64,000 nucleotides of DNA, taken from contig NYZU01000003.1 in the NCBI GenBank assembly GCA_002686055.1, forward strand, positions 14,259 through 78,258, written 5' to 3'. The position numbers were made by a program, and so were the translations under genes. Positions 32,047 through 41,953 of the stretch are shown in pieces. The DNA comes from Oceanospirillaceae bacterium (GTDB lineage Bacteria > Pseudomonadota > Gammaproteobacteria > Pseudomonadales > Balneatricaceae). The notes under the pieces were generated by a model. It saw only the letters and a list, made by a program, of their open reading frames with translations, was not told where the DNA came from and made no database searches. Numbering within the stretch: position 1 is the first letter of the stretch; each line of letters starts with the position of its first letter.

Positions 32047-34458
32047 ATGAAATCTTCATACCGTGTGGTAGTCATTGGTGGTGGTGTAGTCGGAACATCG
32101 GTGTTGTACCACCTCGCTAAGTTTGGCTGGCAGGATGTCTGCCTTATTGAGCGCTCTATTTTGACAGCTGGCTCCTCGTGGCATGCTGCGGGTGGCTTCC
32201 ATGCCCTTAATGCTGATCCCAATATAGCCGCTTTGCAGGCCTATACCATTAATCTGTTTGAAGAAATCGAATCCTTGTCTGGTCAGGATATTGGTTTACA
32301 TATGACTGGCGGCTTAACCATTGCTACCACTCCTGAACGTTGGGAATGGTTACAGGGTGCTTATCGCGTGTTTCAGACTATTGGTATCGACGACTGTCGT
32401 TTGGTGACCCCAGAGGAATGTGGTGAACTAAATCCAGCTATGAATGTAGATGATGTATTAGGCGGTCTTTGGGCTGATCGAGAAGGCTATTTAGATACCA
32501 CAGGTACGGTTCATGCTTATGCTGGCGCAGCAAAAAAATACGGTGCTGAGGTGATTGAACATACCAAGGTAGAAAGTTTGCAGCAGCTCGATGATGGTTG
32601 GCTAGTGGCTACAGATAAGGGTGACATTCATTGTCAGCATGTGGTCAATGCCGCTGGACTTTGGGCTAAGCAAGTGGGCCGTATGGCTGGCGTGGAATTA
32701 CCGGTGTCACCTTTAGAGCATCACTACCTGATTACCGACAATATTCCTGAAGTGGCGGCTCTTGAGCAAGAACTACCTATGACTGTTGATCCAGATGGCT
32801 TTACTTATATGCGCCAAGATCAACATGGTATGTTGGTAGGTATCTATGAATTACAGCATCAGCATTGGATGATGGATGGCGCACCTTGGGACTATGGTAT
32901 TGAGCTACTACAAGAAAACTTTGACCGTATAGAAAATGAACTAATTTACTCCTTTAATCGTTACCCCTGCCTTAATGATGCTGGCATAAAAACTTGGGTA
33001 AATGGCGCCTTTACCTTTTCTCCTGATGGTAATCCATTGGTGGGCCCCGTGCCCGGTAAAGACGGTTACTGGGTGGCCTGTGCCGTTATGGCTGGTTTTC
33101 TACAAGGCGGTGGGGTTGGCAAGTCTCTGGCGGAATGGATGATCTATGGCGAACCAGAAGCCGATGTCTATGGTATGGACGTGGCGCGCTATGGTGAGTA
33201 TGCCAATAACAAAGAATATATTAAGGCTACCACAGGGCAGTTTTATTCCCGCCGCTTTGTGATGTCTTATCCTAATGAGCAGCTACCCGCTGGCCGCAAT
33301 GTAAAAATGGCGCCAGCCTATGAAGGTATGACCGCAGCAGGTTGTCGCTGGGGTCAGAGCTGGGGGCTGGAGACTCCCTTGTATTTTGCGCCTCAAGACT
33401 TTGAAGAAAACCTGACCCTTAAGCGCTCTAATGCCCATGATATTGTGGCGGCCGAATGTCAGGCCGTGCGTGAGCGGGTGGGGCTATTGGATATATCGGC
33501 TTTTTCTCGGTTTTGTGTCAGTGGCCCCGATGCTGAGCAATGGCTAAATAAATTAATGGCTTCCAAATTACCAGCGCCCGGTCGTGCTAAATTAGCGCCC
33601 ATGCTAGGGCCTAATGGTAAGTTAAAGGGTGATCTTACTATCTTTAACTGGGGCAATGGGACTTACTGGATAACCGGCTCATATTACCTTCGTGCTTGGC
33701 ATATGCGTTGGTTTAATGATCATTTGCAAGGTGATGTACGGGTTGAAGATGTGTCAGATACCATGGTGGGTTTTTCTATTTCAGGCCCCCAATCTCGCAA
33801 GGTGTTGGAAAGACTTTGTCATGAGGATATAAGCCATCAGAGCTTCCCCTTTATGGCTTGTCGAAGCATGGATGTGGGTATGATTAACGCCAAAGTAGGG
33901 CGTTTATCTGTCTGTGGTGAGCTAGGTTATGAGATCCATTGCCATGCTATTGAACATATCGCATTACGCAAAATGCTATTGGCAGCAGGGTCCGAGTTTG
34001 GCATGCAGGAAATTGGTTTTAATGCCCTGCTAAGCTTACGTATGGAAAAAAGCTTCGGTATTTGGTCGGCAGAATTTACCCAAGGCTATACAGCTGGCAT
34101 GACGGGTATGGATCGCTGGATAGATTGGCAAAAAGATGACTTTATTGGCCGTGATGCTGCCATCCAAGAACGCGATAAGGGCGGTGCGGAACAATGCTTA
34201 GTTACCCTAGAGATTGATGCCGTGGATGCCGATGCAGGTGGCTATGAGCCCATTTGGCAGGGTGACCAAAGAGTTGGTTTTGTTACTTCAGGTGCCTATG
34301 GCCATAGCCTACAAAAATCCCTTGCTATGGCATTGGTAAAGCGTGATTTAGCGAATCCAGGTACGGAACTCAGTGTGCATATTGTGGGTGTGGAACGCCC
34401 CTGTCGGGTTATTGCTGCCTCACCCTATGATCCGCAGGGCAAGGCAATGCGCGCTTAA
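32047..34458 (+). CDS. Dimethylglycine/sarcosine dehydrogenase-like FAD oxidoreductase with GcvT domain
   Basis: VVVIGGGVVG, GSSWHAAG (flavinylated His motif), FSPDGNPLVGP, C-terminal GcvT folate domain (GELGYEIH, SLRMEK, VTSGAYG); start set at ATG 32047. Confidence 0.88.
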   Translation: MKSSYRVVVIGGGVVGTSVLYHLAKFGWQDVCLIERSILTAGSSWHAAGGFHALNADPNIAALQAYTINLFEEIESLSGQDIGLHMTGGLTIATTPERWEWLQGAYRVFQTIGIDDCRLVTPEECGELNPAMNVDDVLGGLWADREGYLDTTGTVHAYAGAAKKYGAEVIEHTKVESLQQLDDGWLVATDKGDIHCQHVVNAAGLWAKQVGRMAGVELPVSPLEHHYLITDNIPEVAALEQELPMTVDPDGFTYMRQDQHGMLVGIYELQHQHWMMDGAPWDYGIELLQENFDRIENELIYSFNRYPCLNDAGIKTWVNGAFTFSPDGNPLVGPVPGKDGYWVACAVMAGFLQGGGVGKSLAEWMIYGEPEADVYGMDVARYGEYANNKEYIKATTGQFYSRRFVMSYPNEQLPAGRNVKMAPAYEGMTAAGCRWGQSWGLETPLYFAPQDFEENLTLKRSNAHDIVAAECQAVRERVGLLDISAFSRFCVSGPDAEQWLNKLMASKLPAPGRAKLAPMLGPNGKLKGDLTIFNWGNGTYWITGSYYLRAWHMRWFNDHLQGDVRVEDVSDTMVGFSISGPQSRKVLERLCHEDISHQSFPFMACRSMDVGMINAKVGRLSVCGELGYEIHCHAIEHIALRKMLLAAGSEFGMQEIGFNALLSLRMEKSFGIWSAEFTQGYTAGMTGMDRWIDWQKDDFIGRDAAIQERDKGGAEQCLVTLEIDAVDADAGGYEPIWQGDQRVGFVTSGAYGHSLQKSLAMALVKRDLANPGTELSVHIVGVERPCRVIAASPYDPQGKAMRA

Positions 34459-34496
34459 TTAATGGGCAAAATTAGTGACTAGCCTGGAGCTTATGC

Positions 34497-34709
34497 TTAG
34501 GCTAGTTGCAAAGTAAAATCTTGCCCAGCAAAGCTAAGTTGATCGCCATTATACATCTTGCGGCTTTTGCGGGTTTCTTGTTCACCATTTACAGATACCA
34601 AGCCTTCGGCAATTACCTGCTTGGCTTGGGCACCGCTATCCACCAATCCCTCGAACTTGAGGATTTTAAATAATTCGATAGGTTCACGATTAATTTCAAT
34701 TTGCTGCAT
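34497..34709 (-). CDS. S4-domain RNA-binding protein (YbcJ/YaaA-like)
   Basis: PIELFKILKFEGLVDSGAQAKQVIAEGLVSVNGEQETRKSRK. Confidence 0.88.
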   Translation of the reverse strand: MQQIEINREPIELFKILKFEGLVDSGAQAKQVIAEGLVSVNGEQETRKSRKMYNGDQLSFAGQDFTLQLA

Positions 34710-34761
34710 TATATATCCTGATTAATAACAAGCTTTTATAGCTGTATTTGGCTGGGAAAAT

Positions 34762-35478
34762 TTAATCCCTTAAATCAGGTGAGATTATACCGCAATTTGG
34801 ATTTACAATGTGTCTATAGGCGGCCGAAAGAATAGCGACATTGACTATAAACGTCAGCCAAAAATAAACTTCAGACAAAATGGTTATGCCTAGCAGATAA
34901 TCCATTAAATAACCTGGAATACTGATAATCGCGACTACCAAAACCACACAAATAAATAATGTGCCAAAGTGGTTTTTCGATATTTCCCATGTGGCTATAT
35001 ATGAAAGACTCTGATTGATTGCAGCACTTGGTAGAATTAAGTAGTAGCCAGCCATGGTGAGACTGACAAAAATTAATGCCAAAATCAGACCAATTAGAGG
35101 TACAAGGTGTTCGGCGTTGTGAGGAATTAAGCCAAACTCTAGGCCAATATATGGAATAAGGTTTATGGCGATAGCTGGTGCCATAATGATTAAAATACCT
35201 AAAGAGCACACAATATAACCAAAGAATGTGCGGCGCTGAATGGTCATAGTGGTTTCTTTTAATAGAATAGCGCGATGAGCCGCAATAGCGATATAAGCAC
35301 TAAGCAATAGATGCATGATTACCACTACCATTAGCCACGGCATACTTACAGTGACTGTGTCCGCCACAATAACTAACAATAAGGCTAAAAACATCGGTAT
35401 TGATAACGCCTTTAATAGGGCTAATTTGTGTTGATAAAGGCTTGTTATTCCTTCAAAGATAATATCCTTTGCTAACAT
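34762..35478 (-). CDS. Hypothetical integral membrane protein
   Basis: 238-aa ORF, about 6 hydrophobic segments, AAGGAAG RBS; AT-rich. Confidence 0.7.
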   Translation of the reverse strand: MLAKDIIFEGITSLYQHKLALLKALSIPMFLALLLVIVADTVTVSMPWLMVVVIMHLLLSAYIAIAAHRAILLKETTMTIQRRTFFGYIVCSLGILIIMAPAIAINLIPYIGLEFGLIPHNAEHLVPLIGLILALIFVSLTMAGYYLILPSAAINQSLSYIATWEISKNHFGTLFICVVLVVAIISIPGYLMDYLLGITILSEVYFWLTFIVNVAILSAAYRHIVNPNCGIISPDLRD

Positions 35479-35571
35479 ATGATCTTCCTTAATTTGAAAA
35501 TATTTATCTAAATATAGTTCAACTTAAGGTTTTTGCTTATTTGATTATATGTCCGTTCGCTTTCATAAGCG

Positions 35572-36627
35572 TTAGGCCGGTGATTTAGCCAATTTACCTG
35601 CAGCCGCAATTAAGCAATCAATCTGTTCAGGTTGATGGTTAAAGTGGGTAACTAGGCGTACCACACCTTGATCCCAGCGATCATGGTAGAAGCCAAAACC
35701 TTGTTGTAAAAGGCCTTCAATCACCGTTTCTGGAAAACGTACAAAGAGAATATTTGAGGCACTATTGCTGACTATATCAATGCCATTAATTTGGCCTAGG
35801 CCTTGAGATAGGCGGGCGGCCATGGCATTAGCATGGCGGGCATTATGGAGCCAGAGATCATCTGTAAGATAGGCTTCCATTTGGGCACTAAGTAAGCGCA
35901 TTTTTGACATTAAGTGGCCACTGCGTTTGCAGCGAAAGGCCATTTCTTTAGCCAAGCTTTTATCAAATAAGACGATTGCATCGACGCCTAAGGCGCCATT
36001 TTTGGTGGCGCCTAGGGCTAATACTTTGACCCCGGCCTGCCAAGTCATAGCGGCTGGGGAACAGTTTAGACTTACTAAAGCATTGGCAAACCGTGCCCCA
36101 TCCATTTGCAGAGTCAAACCCTGATCCGCACAGATATGGCCAATGGTTTCAATTTCGTCAACTTTGTATAGGCTGCCAGATTCAGTGGTTTGGGAAATAC
36201 TAACACTAGTGGGTTCTACTGAATGCACATCACCCCGTTTTTGTTGGGCCTTGTCAGACAGTATCTGAGGATCTATTTTGCTATCTTTGCCATCAATACA
36301 GATAAGTTTGCTACCGGGATTAAAGAACTCAGGCGCGCCACACTCGTCATTATTGATATGGCTGTCGGGATGACATAGGGTAGCCCCCCAAGGTGGGGTA
36401 ATACTGGCCAAGCCCAAGGCATTGGCTGCGGTGCCTGTAGATACCAGAAATAAGCTTAAATCGGTTTCGAAAATATCTTTTAGTTGTTGTTCAACACGTT
36501 GATGATAAGTATCGGCGCCATAGGGTAGTTGCGTACCTTGGGCAGCGTCCATTAAGGCTTGGGCGATGGCTGGTGAAGCACCGACAGTGTTGTCACTGTG
36601 AAAAGCGGCAATAAGATCTTTGTGCAT
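35572..36627 (-). CDS. ltaE: Low-specificity L-threonine aldolase
   Basis: [40 protein letters not shown] (PLP Lys), SKMR; start 36627 behind GGAGA. Confidence 0.88.
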   Translation of the reverse strand: MHKDLIAAFHSDNTVGASPAIAQALMDAAQGTQLPYGADTYHQRVEQQLKDIFETDLSLFLVSTGTAANALGLASITPPWGATLCHPDSHINNDECGAPEFFNPGSKLICIDGKDSKIDPQILSDKAQQKRGDVHSVEPTSVSISQTTESGSLYKVDEIETIGHICADQGLTLQMDGARFANALVSLNCSPAAMTWQAGVKVLALGATKNGALGVDAIVLFDKSLAKEMAFRCKRSGHLMSKMRLLSAQMEAYLTDDLWLHNARHANAMAARLSQGLGQINGIDIVSNSASNILFVRFPETVIEGLLQQGFGFYHDRWDQGVVRLVTHFNHQPEQIDCLIAAAGKLAKSPA

Positions 36628-36799
36628 AGTGCTTTCTCCAAATAATGGCATCTAGGGCGCAGATTCTAGTTACTAAATGTGGTTGTGCCAAATTTTAGAT
36701 TCTAAAAGTGGTCAAATATTGCTATCTTGGGTGCCTATTTGCAATACATTTTTTATTTAGATCAGCTTTATAGATTTTGATCTTTTACGTAATTTCCAT

Positions 36800-38275
36800 A
36801 TGACACCCACTATGTTGCCTTTACCCACTTTTGAACAGACCTTTACTGAACTGCCCGATATTATGTTTGCCAAGGTGGCACCAACCCCGGTAACTAAGCC
36901 TGAAGCCATGCTATTAAATGATACTTTGGCGCAAGAATTAGGTTTAGATCCTGATTGGTTATCCTCTCCCGAAGCGCTGCAGATTTTATCGGGTAATCAA
37001 GCTCTGCCAGATACAATTGCTATGGCTTATGCTGGGCACCAGTTTGGCCATTTAAGCCCGCGCCTTGGGGATGGTCGGGCGCACCTGCTGGGGGAGCTGG
37101 TCACGCCAACGGGTCAGCGGGTTGATATTCAGCTTAAGGGCTCTGGGGTCACGCCTTATTCGCGGCGGGGGGATGGCCGGGCGCCATTAGGGCCAGTGTT
37201 GCGGGAATATCTCGTCAGTGAGTTTATGCATGCAGTGGGAGTGCCTACCAGTCGTAGCCTGGCAGCAATTAGTAGTGGTGAAAGTGTGTGGCGGCAGGGC
37301 ACTGAGCCCGGTGCTATATTAACCCGTGTGGCGGCCAGCCATATTCGCGTGGGTAGTTTTGAATATGCGGCCAGTCAGGGTGTGGAGTTTGTGAAAGCCT
37401 TAGCCGACTATACCTTAGGGCGGCATTTTCCCGAGGTAGAAAACTCGGAAGAGCCTTATTTATCTTTACTCCAATGCGCAGTGGCTAAGCAAACTGAGTT
37501 AATTGCCCAGTGGATGAGTTTTGGGTTTATTCACGGGGTAATGAATACAGATAATATGTTGGTCTCTGGGGAGACGGTGGACTATGGCCCTTGTGCCTTT
37601 ATGGATACATATGTGCCCTCTCAGGTATACAGTTATATTGATCGCCAAGGCCGTTATCGTTATGACCATCAGCCCGGTATTGGCCAATGGAATTTAGTGC
37701 GTTTAGCCCAAGCCCTAGTGTCTGTTATGACCGTAGACCAAGACTCTGATGCCGTGGTTGCCAAAGCACAGGCGGCGATTAATGGCTATGAACAACAATA
37801 TAAACATGCCTATGCCCAGCATATGGCTGCCAAGCTAGGTTTGCAGGGTGATACGGCTACTTTGGTCGATAAATTATTGGCGATTTTAGCAAAGGATAAA
37901 CTGGACTATACCCTGACTTTCCGCTATCTAATGACCTTATTAGCCCCTACTTCAACTGCTTATGGTATGCCCGAGCAGGCATATATAGCGAGTCCTGCAT
38001 TACAGAAATGGCAACTTAATTGGTTGCAGAGAGTAGAGCAAGAAACGGGGCCAGAACAGGCCTTATCCCTAATGTCCCAGCATAATCCTATTTTTATACC
38101 CCGTAATCATCTTTTGGACGCGGCTTTAAAGGCAGCCTATCAGGATGATCTGACTCAGATTAATGACTTATTAGAGGTTATTAGAGAGCCCTTTACCTAT
38201 CGCCCCGAGTGGCAACATTTAGCCTTGGCTCCCAAGCCAGAGGAAAAGATAGTAAGTACCTTCTGTGGCACCTAA
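36800..38275 (+). CDS. selO: Protein adenylyltransferase SelO (YdiU)
   Basis: YAGHQFG, LGDGRA, QLKGSGVTPYSRRGDGRA, HGVMNTDN, DYGP, PRNH, TFCGT end. Confidence 0.94.
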   Translation: MTPTMLPLPTFEQTFTELPDIMFAKVAPTPVTKPEAMLLNDTLAQELGLDPDWLSSPEALQILSGNQALPDTIAMAYAGHQFGHLSPRLGDGRAHLLGELVTPTGQRVDIQLKGSGVTPYSRRGDGRAPLGPVLREYLVSEFMHAVGVPTSRSLAAISSGESVWRQGTEPGAILTRVAASHIRVGSFEYAASQGVEFVKALADYTLGRHFPEVENSEEPYLSLLQCAVAKQTELIAQWMSFGFIHGVMNTDNMLVSGETVDYGPCAFMDTYVPSQVYSYIDRQGRYRYDHQPGIGQWNLVRLAQALVSVMTVDQDSDAVVAKAQAAINGYEQQYKHAYAQHMAAKLGLQGDTATLVDKLLAILAKDKLDYTLTFRYLMTLLAPTSTAYGMPEQAYIASPALQKWQLNWLQRVEQETGPEQALSLMSQHNPIFIPRNHLLDAALKAAYQDDLTQINDLLEVIREPFTYRPEWQHLALAPKPEEKIVSTFCGT

Positions 38276-38446
38276 TTGGCTTTTAATTTGAGCAAAAAAG
38301 GGCAGCTCTGATAGAGGATTAGGTGGCCATAAAACAGTCACCAATATGGGGGCAAGGTGGCGCACAAAAAAACCACTCCGAAGCGCTTTTAGCCGACCCT
38401 AGCTCATGCTACAGTTGTTGTATGAAAGAATATAAAAGGAAAGCTA

Positions 38447-41400
38447 ATGTCTTCCATGGCTAATTGGCCACAAGGGTTTATGGTAGTGCAAGGTAATCGC
38501 ATGGAAGACCTTTGTACTACCTATGTCCAATGGCTAAAACGCTATCCTTTAGGCCCTTTGGAAGAAGACCTATTACTTGCCCAGAGTAATGGTATTGCGC
38601 AATGGTTAAAGCAAACCTTGGCGCGCGATGAAGCCGACGGTGGCTGTGGGGTGGCAGCGGCCATTAACACCATGTTACCGGGGCAATTTGTCTGGCACAG
38701 TTATTGTGCACTGTTACCCGGTTTATCAAGCCGTTCCGTATATGATAAGCAGGCCCTGACTTGGCGTTTATATCGCTTATTAGCCACTTGGAATCTGGAT
38801 CAATTAGCGCCTATATTGTCCACTTATGTGCAAGCCGATTCTCTACCTATAGATCGTTTACAATTGGCGCGCCAACTGGCTGACTTATATGATCAATATC
38901 AAGTTTTTCGCCCCGATTGGTTAGGCCTATGGGAGCAAGGTTACGACTTGATATGCGAACATAATGGTCAGCGTGAAGCCATACCCACAGGACAAGAGTG
39001 GCAGCCGGTAATATGGCGCGCTCTGTGTGCTGATATAACAACCCAAACCACCGCTGAGGGCTGGTCACAAGTTAGCCGAACGGCCTTGCATGAACGCTTT
39101 TTGCAAGCTTGTGCCAATACTAAGGAAAGGCCCATAGGTTTACCCAGACGGGTAGTGGTATTTGGTATGTCGAGTTTGCCTAATAGCAGCTTAGAAGTGC
39201 TGCGCGCCATTGCCCCGTTTACCCAAGTGCTACTGTTTGTGATGAACCCAAGTCAGCATTACTGGGGCGATATGGTGGAAGGCAGGGAGCTATTACGCAA
39301 AGAATATAAACGCCAAACCAAGCGCCAAGATCATAGCCAGTTTAGTGATGACCATTTGCATGTTTATGGTAATCCCTTATTAGCTTCATGGGGTAAGCAG
39401 GGGCGTGATTTTTTACACCTGTTTGATGAATGGGACCAGCCTAGTCAATATCAAGACTATTTTGCTAATTTGCCCATGGGCAAGGTCGATGTATTTAGTT
39501 CGCCAGCAACTGCTAATGGCGATAGTCTATTGGCCAGAATTCAGGATGATATCTTACAGCTTCGCTCGGCTCAGGAACGCGCCCAGCTGGAACAAACTGA
39601 GACATCGCTTGAGGCAGATGATCACAGTCTAGAATTTATCAGTGCCCATAGTATCCAGCGTGAAATTGAGATTCTCCATGACAAGCTATTAAATGATTTT
39701 GATCGCCACCAGCAGGGCGATAATGTGGCCCTAGAGACCCGTGATATTTTGGTGATGGTGCCAGATATAAGCACCTATGCACCCCATATAGAGGCTGTCT
39801 TTGGGCGCTACCGCAGTCATGCTCAAAATGGGGAAAGAGATAGCCGGTTTTTACCTTATCATATTGCCGATACAGGTCAGCGTTTTGCAAACCCCATTTT
39901 AGGGGCTTTTGAAACCCTGTTGGGGCTAACCCAGTCGCGTATGACCTCAGTGCAGGGTTTAAGTTTATTGGAAGTGCCGGCGTGTCGAGAGCGTTTTGGT
40001 ATCCAAGAGACAGATTTACAGCAAATTAAAGTCTGGGTCGAAAAAGCCAATATTCGCTGGGCGTTAACGGCTGACCATCGCCAGCAGCAGGCCTTACCAA
40101 CCTTGGATGGTCATAATACCTGGCAGGCGGGTATTGATCGTTTATTATTGGGCTTTGCCACGGATAGCTCAGGCAGTTGGCAAGCCGTTGCGGCCTGCCC
40201 AGAGGTGAGTGGCTTGGGGGCGGAGCTATTAGGCAGCCTAAGCCGCTTTGTAAATAGTTTGGAGCAATGGCGCCAAAATCTACAGCAAAACCAAACCGCT
40301 AGTCAGTGGGTAGAAGCTTTACTAGCGCTCTGGCAAGACTTCTTTGTACTTGATGCGGAAGAGGTTGAGCGTCTCTATAAACGTATTAGTGAGTATCTGC
40401 AGCACTGGCAAGAGGTGGTTACTCAAGCATCAATGGCAGATGAGCCCATTGCTATTGAACTTGTGCAAAGTGCCTTACTCGAACAACTGGATAGCCCCAG
40501 TTTAAGTAGCCGCTTTATTACCGGTGCTATTAACTTTGCTACCCTAATGCCCATGCGGGCAGTGCCTTTTAAGCAAATATGGTTATTGGGTATGAACGAT
40601 GATGCCTATCCTCGCAAGCGCAGCTTTAATGATTTTGATTTAATTGGCTATAACTATCGCCCGGGCGATCGTTCCCGTCGTGATGATGACCGCTATCTGT
40701 TTCTTGAAGCCTTATTGTCAGCCCGTGATAAGCTGGTAATTAGCTGGCATGGGCGCAGTATCAAAGATGATACGGAACAGCCACCATCGGTATTAGTAGC
40801 TCAATTGCGTGACTATATTGCTAAAGCTTGGCCTACCAAAGACTTGTTACAAGAACTTACTACTCAATATCCTTTGCAGCCCTTTAGTGATCATTATTTT
40901 GCCAATGATAAGCCGCTTTATACTTATGCGCGGGAATGGGCGAGTGCAAAAGGCAATGCTTTGCCACCTGAGACGGCACAATTACCACCATGGTTACCTG
41001 AACGCCCAATTAGTGGCGCTGATTTAGTTAACTTCTTAAAGTCGCCGATTGACAGCTTATATCAGCAACGTTTGTTAGTGCCTCAGCCACAAACCAAGGG
41101 CGATATCCCAAGCACTGAGAGTTTTACCCTAGATGGTCTGCAAAACTGGCAACTGCATAGTGAAGTACTTAAGACCCATGTGCATAACTATAGGGATAGT
41201 CAGCAGTCCGTAGCCACCACCAGCCAACAAATGCAGGGGCAGATGGATACCTGGCAGCGTGATGGAACTTTGTTAGCTGGCACGGCTGGGCAGATTCAGG
41301 CCGGCGCTTATTTTGATAGCTTGGTAGAAATATACGAGGTTTGGCAACAATTACACCAACAGTGCCATGGTCAGATTGTGCCTGTCACCTATACAGCTGT

Positions 41401-41953
41401 GCATAGTGTGCAAGATAAAGCAGGGCAGGAACATGCGATTCCAGTGGAGATCGACTTAGGACATTTGCAACTAGATCAGCATAGTCAAACGGGTCAGCAG
41501 GTTATAGTGCAAGCTAGTAAAGCTTTGGAAAAAGCCAATACCAAGAATATAAGATGGCGCAATCTATGTGCTGCTTGGGTAGAGCATTTGGGGGCGCATT
41601 TATATAGCCAAATGCCTGTCACTAGTTATCTGTTAACGCCACAAGGACAATTATGCTTTCCATCTATGGCCATTGATCAAGCAGAAACCTATTTTGCCAA
41701 TATATTGACCGTATGGCATATGGCCATGCATGAGCCCCTGCCATTAAGCTTACAGTTAGGTATAAAACTGATTGCTGAAAAAGCCGCCACAGACACAGTG
41801 CTGGCGAGTACTTATGACAAAGATTTAGACTATTCGGGGCACTACCTATCACGCCACTTCCCCCATTTGCTGGATATGGATCTGGACCGTTGTCGGGCGT
41901 TAGCCAACTTGGTATATACCCCCTTACGTGATGGCGTGGAGGTGATGTCATGA
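38447..41953 (+). CDS. recC: Exodeoxyribonuclease V gamma subunit
   Basis: QSNGIAQWLK, LADLYDQYQVFRPDW, NPLLASWGKQGRDF, TLMPMRAVPF, DDDRYLFLEALLSAR. Confidence 0.96.
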   Translation: MSSMANWPQGFMVVQGNRMEDLCTTYVQWLKRYPLGPLEEDLLLAQSNGIAQWLKQTLARDEADGGCGVAAAINTMLPGQFVWHSYCALLPGLSSRSVYDKQALTWRLYRLLATWNLDQLAPILSTYVQADSLPIDRLQLARQLADLYDQYQVFRPDWLGLWEQGYDLICEHNGQREAIPTGQEWQPVIWRALCADITTQTTAEGWSQVSRTALHERFLQACANTKERPIGLPRRVVVFGMSSLPNSSLEVLRAIAPFTQVLLFVMNPSQHYWGDMVEGRELLRKEYKRQTKRQDHSQFSDDHLHVYGNPLLASWGKQGRDFLHLFDEWDQPSQYQDYFANLPMGKVDVFSSPATANGDSLLARIQDDILQLRSAQERAQLEQTETSLEADDHSLEFISAHSIQREIEILHDKLLNDFDRHQQGDNVALETRDILVMVPDISTYAPHIEAVFGRYRSHAQNGERDSRFLPYHIADTGQRFANPILGAFETLLGLTQSRMTSVQGLSLLEVPACRERFGIQETDLQQIKVWVEKANIRWALTADHRQQQALPTLDGHNTWQAGIDRLLLGFATDSSGSWQAVAACPEVSGLGAELLGSLSRFVNSLEQWRQNLQQNQTASQWVEALLALWQDFFVLDAEEVERLYKRISEYLQHWQEVVTQASMADEPIAIELVQSALLEQLDSPSLSSRFITGAINFATLMPMRAVPFKQIWLLGMNDDAYPRKRSFNDFDLIGYNYRPGDRSRRDDDRYLFLEALLSARDKLVISWHGRSIKDDTEQPPSVLVAQLRDYIAKAWPTKDLLQELTTQYPLQPFSDHYFANDKPLYTYAREWASAKGNALPPETAQLPPWLPERPISGADLVNFLKSPIDSLYQQRLLVPQPQTKGDIPSTESFTLDGLQNWQLHSEVLKTHVHNYRDSQQSVATTSQQMQGQMDTWQRDGTLLAGTAGQIQAGAYFDSLVEIYEVWQQLHQQCHGQIVPVTYTAVHSVQDKAGQEHAIPVEIDLGHLQLDQHSQTGQQVIVQASKALEKANTKNIRWRNLCAAWVEHLGAHLYSQMPVTSYLLTPQGQLCFPSMAIDQAETYFANILTVWHMAMHEPLPLSLQLGIKLIAEKAATDTVLASTYDKDLDYSGHYLSRHFPHLLDMDLDRCRALANLVYTPLRDGVEVMS

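Noticed and set aside
36800-38275. Selenocysteine recoding in selO
   Set aside because: The ORF ends TFCGT-TAA with Cys and has no in-frame TGA.
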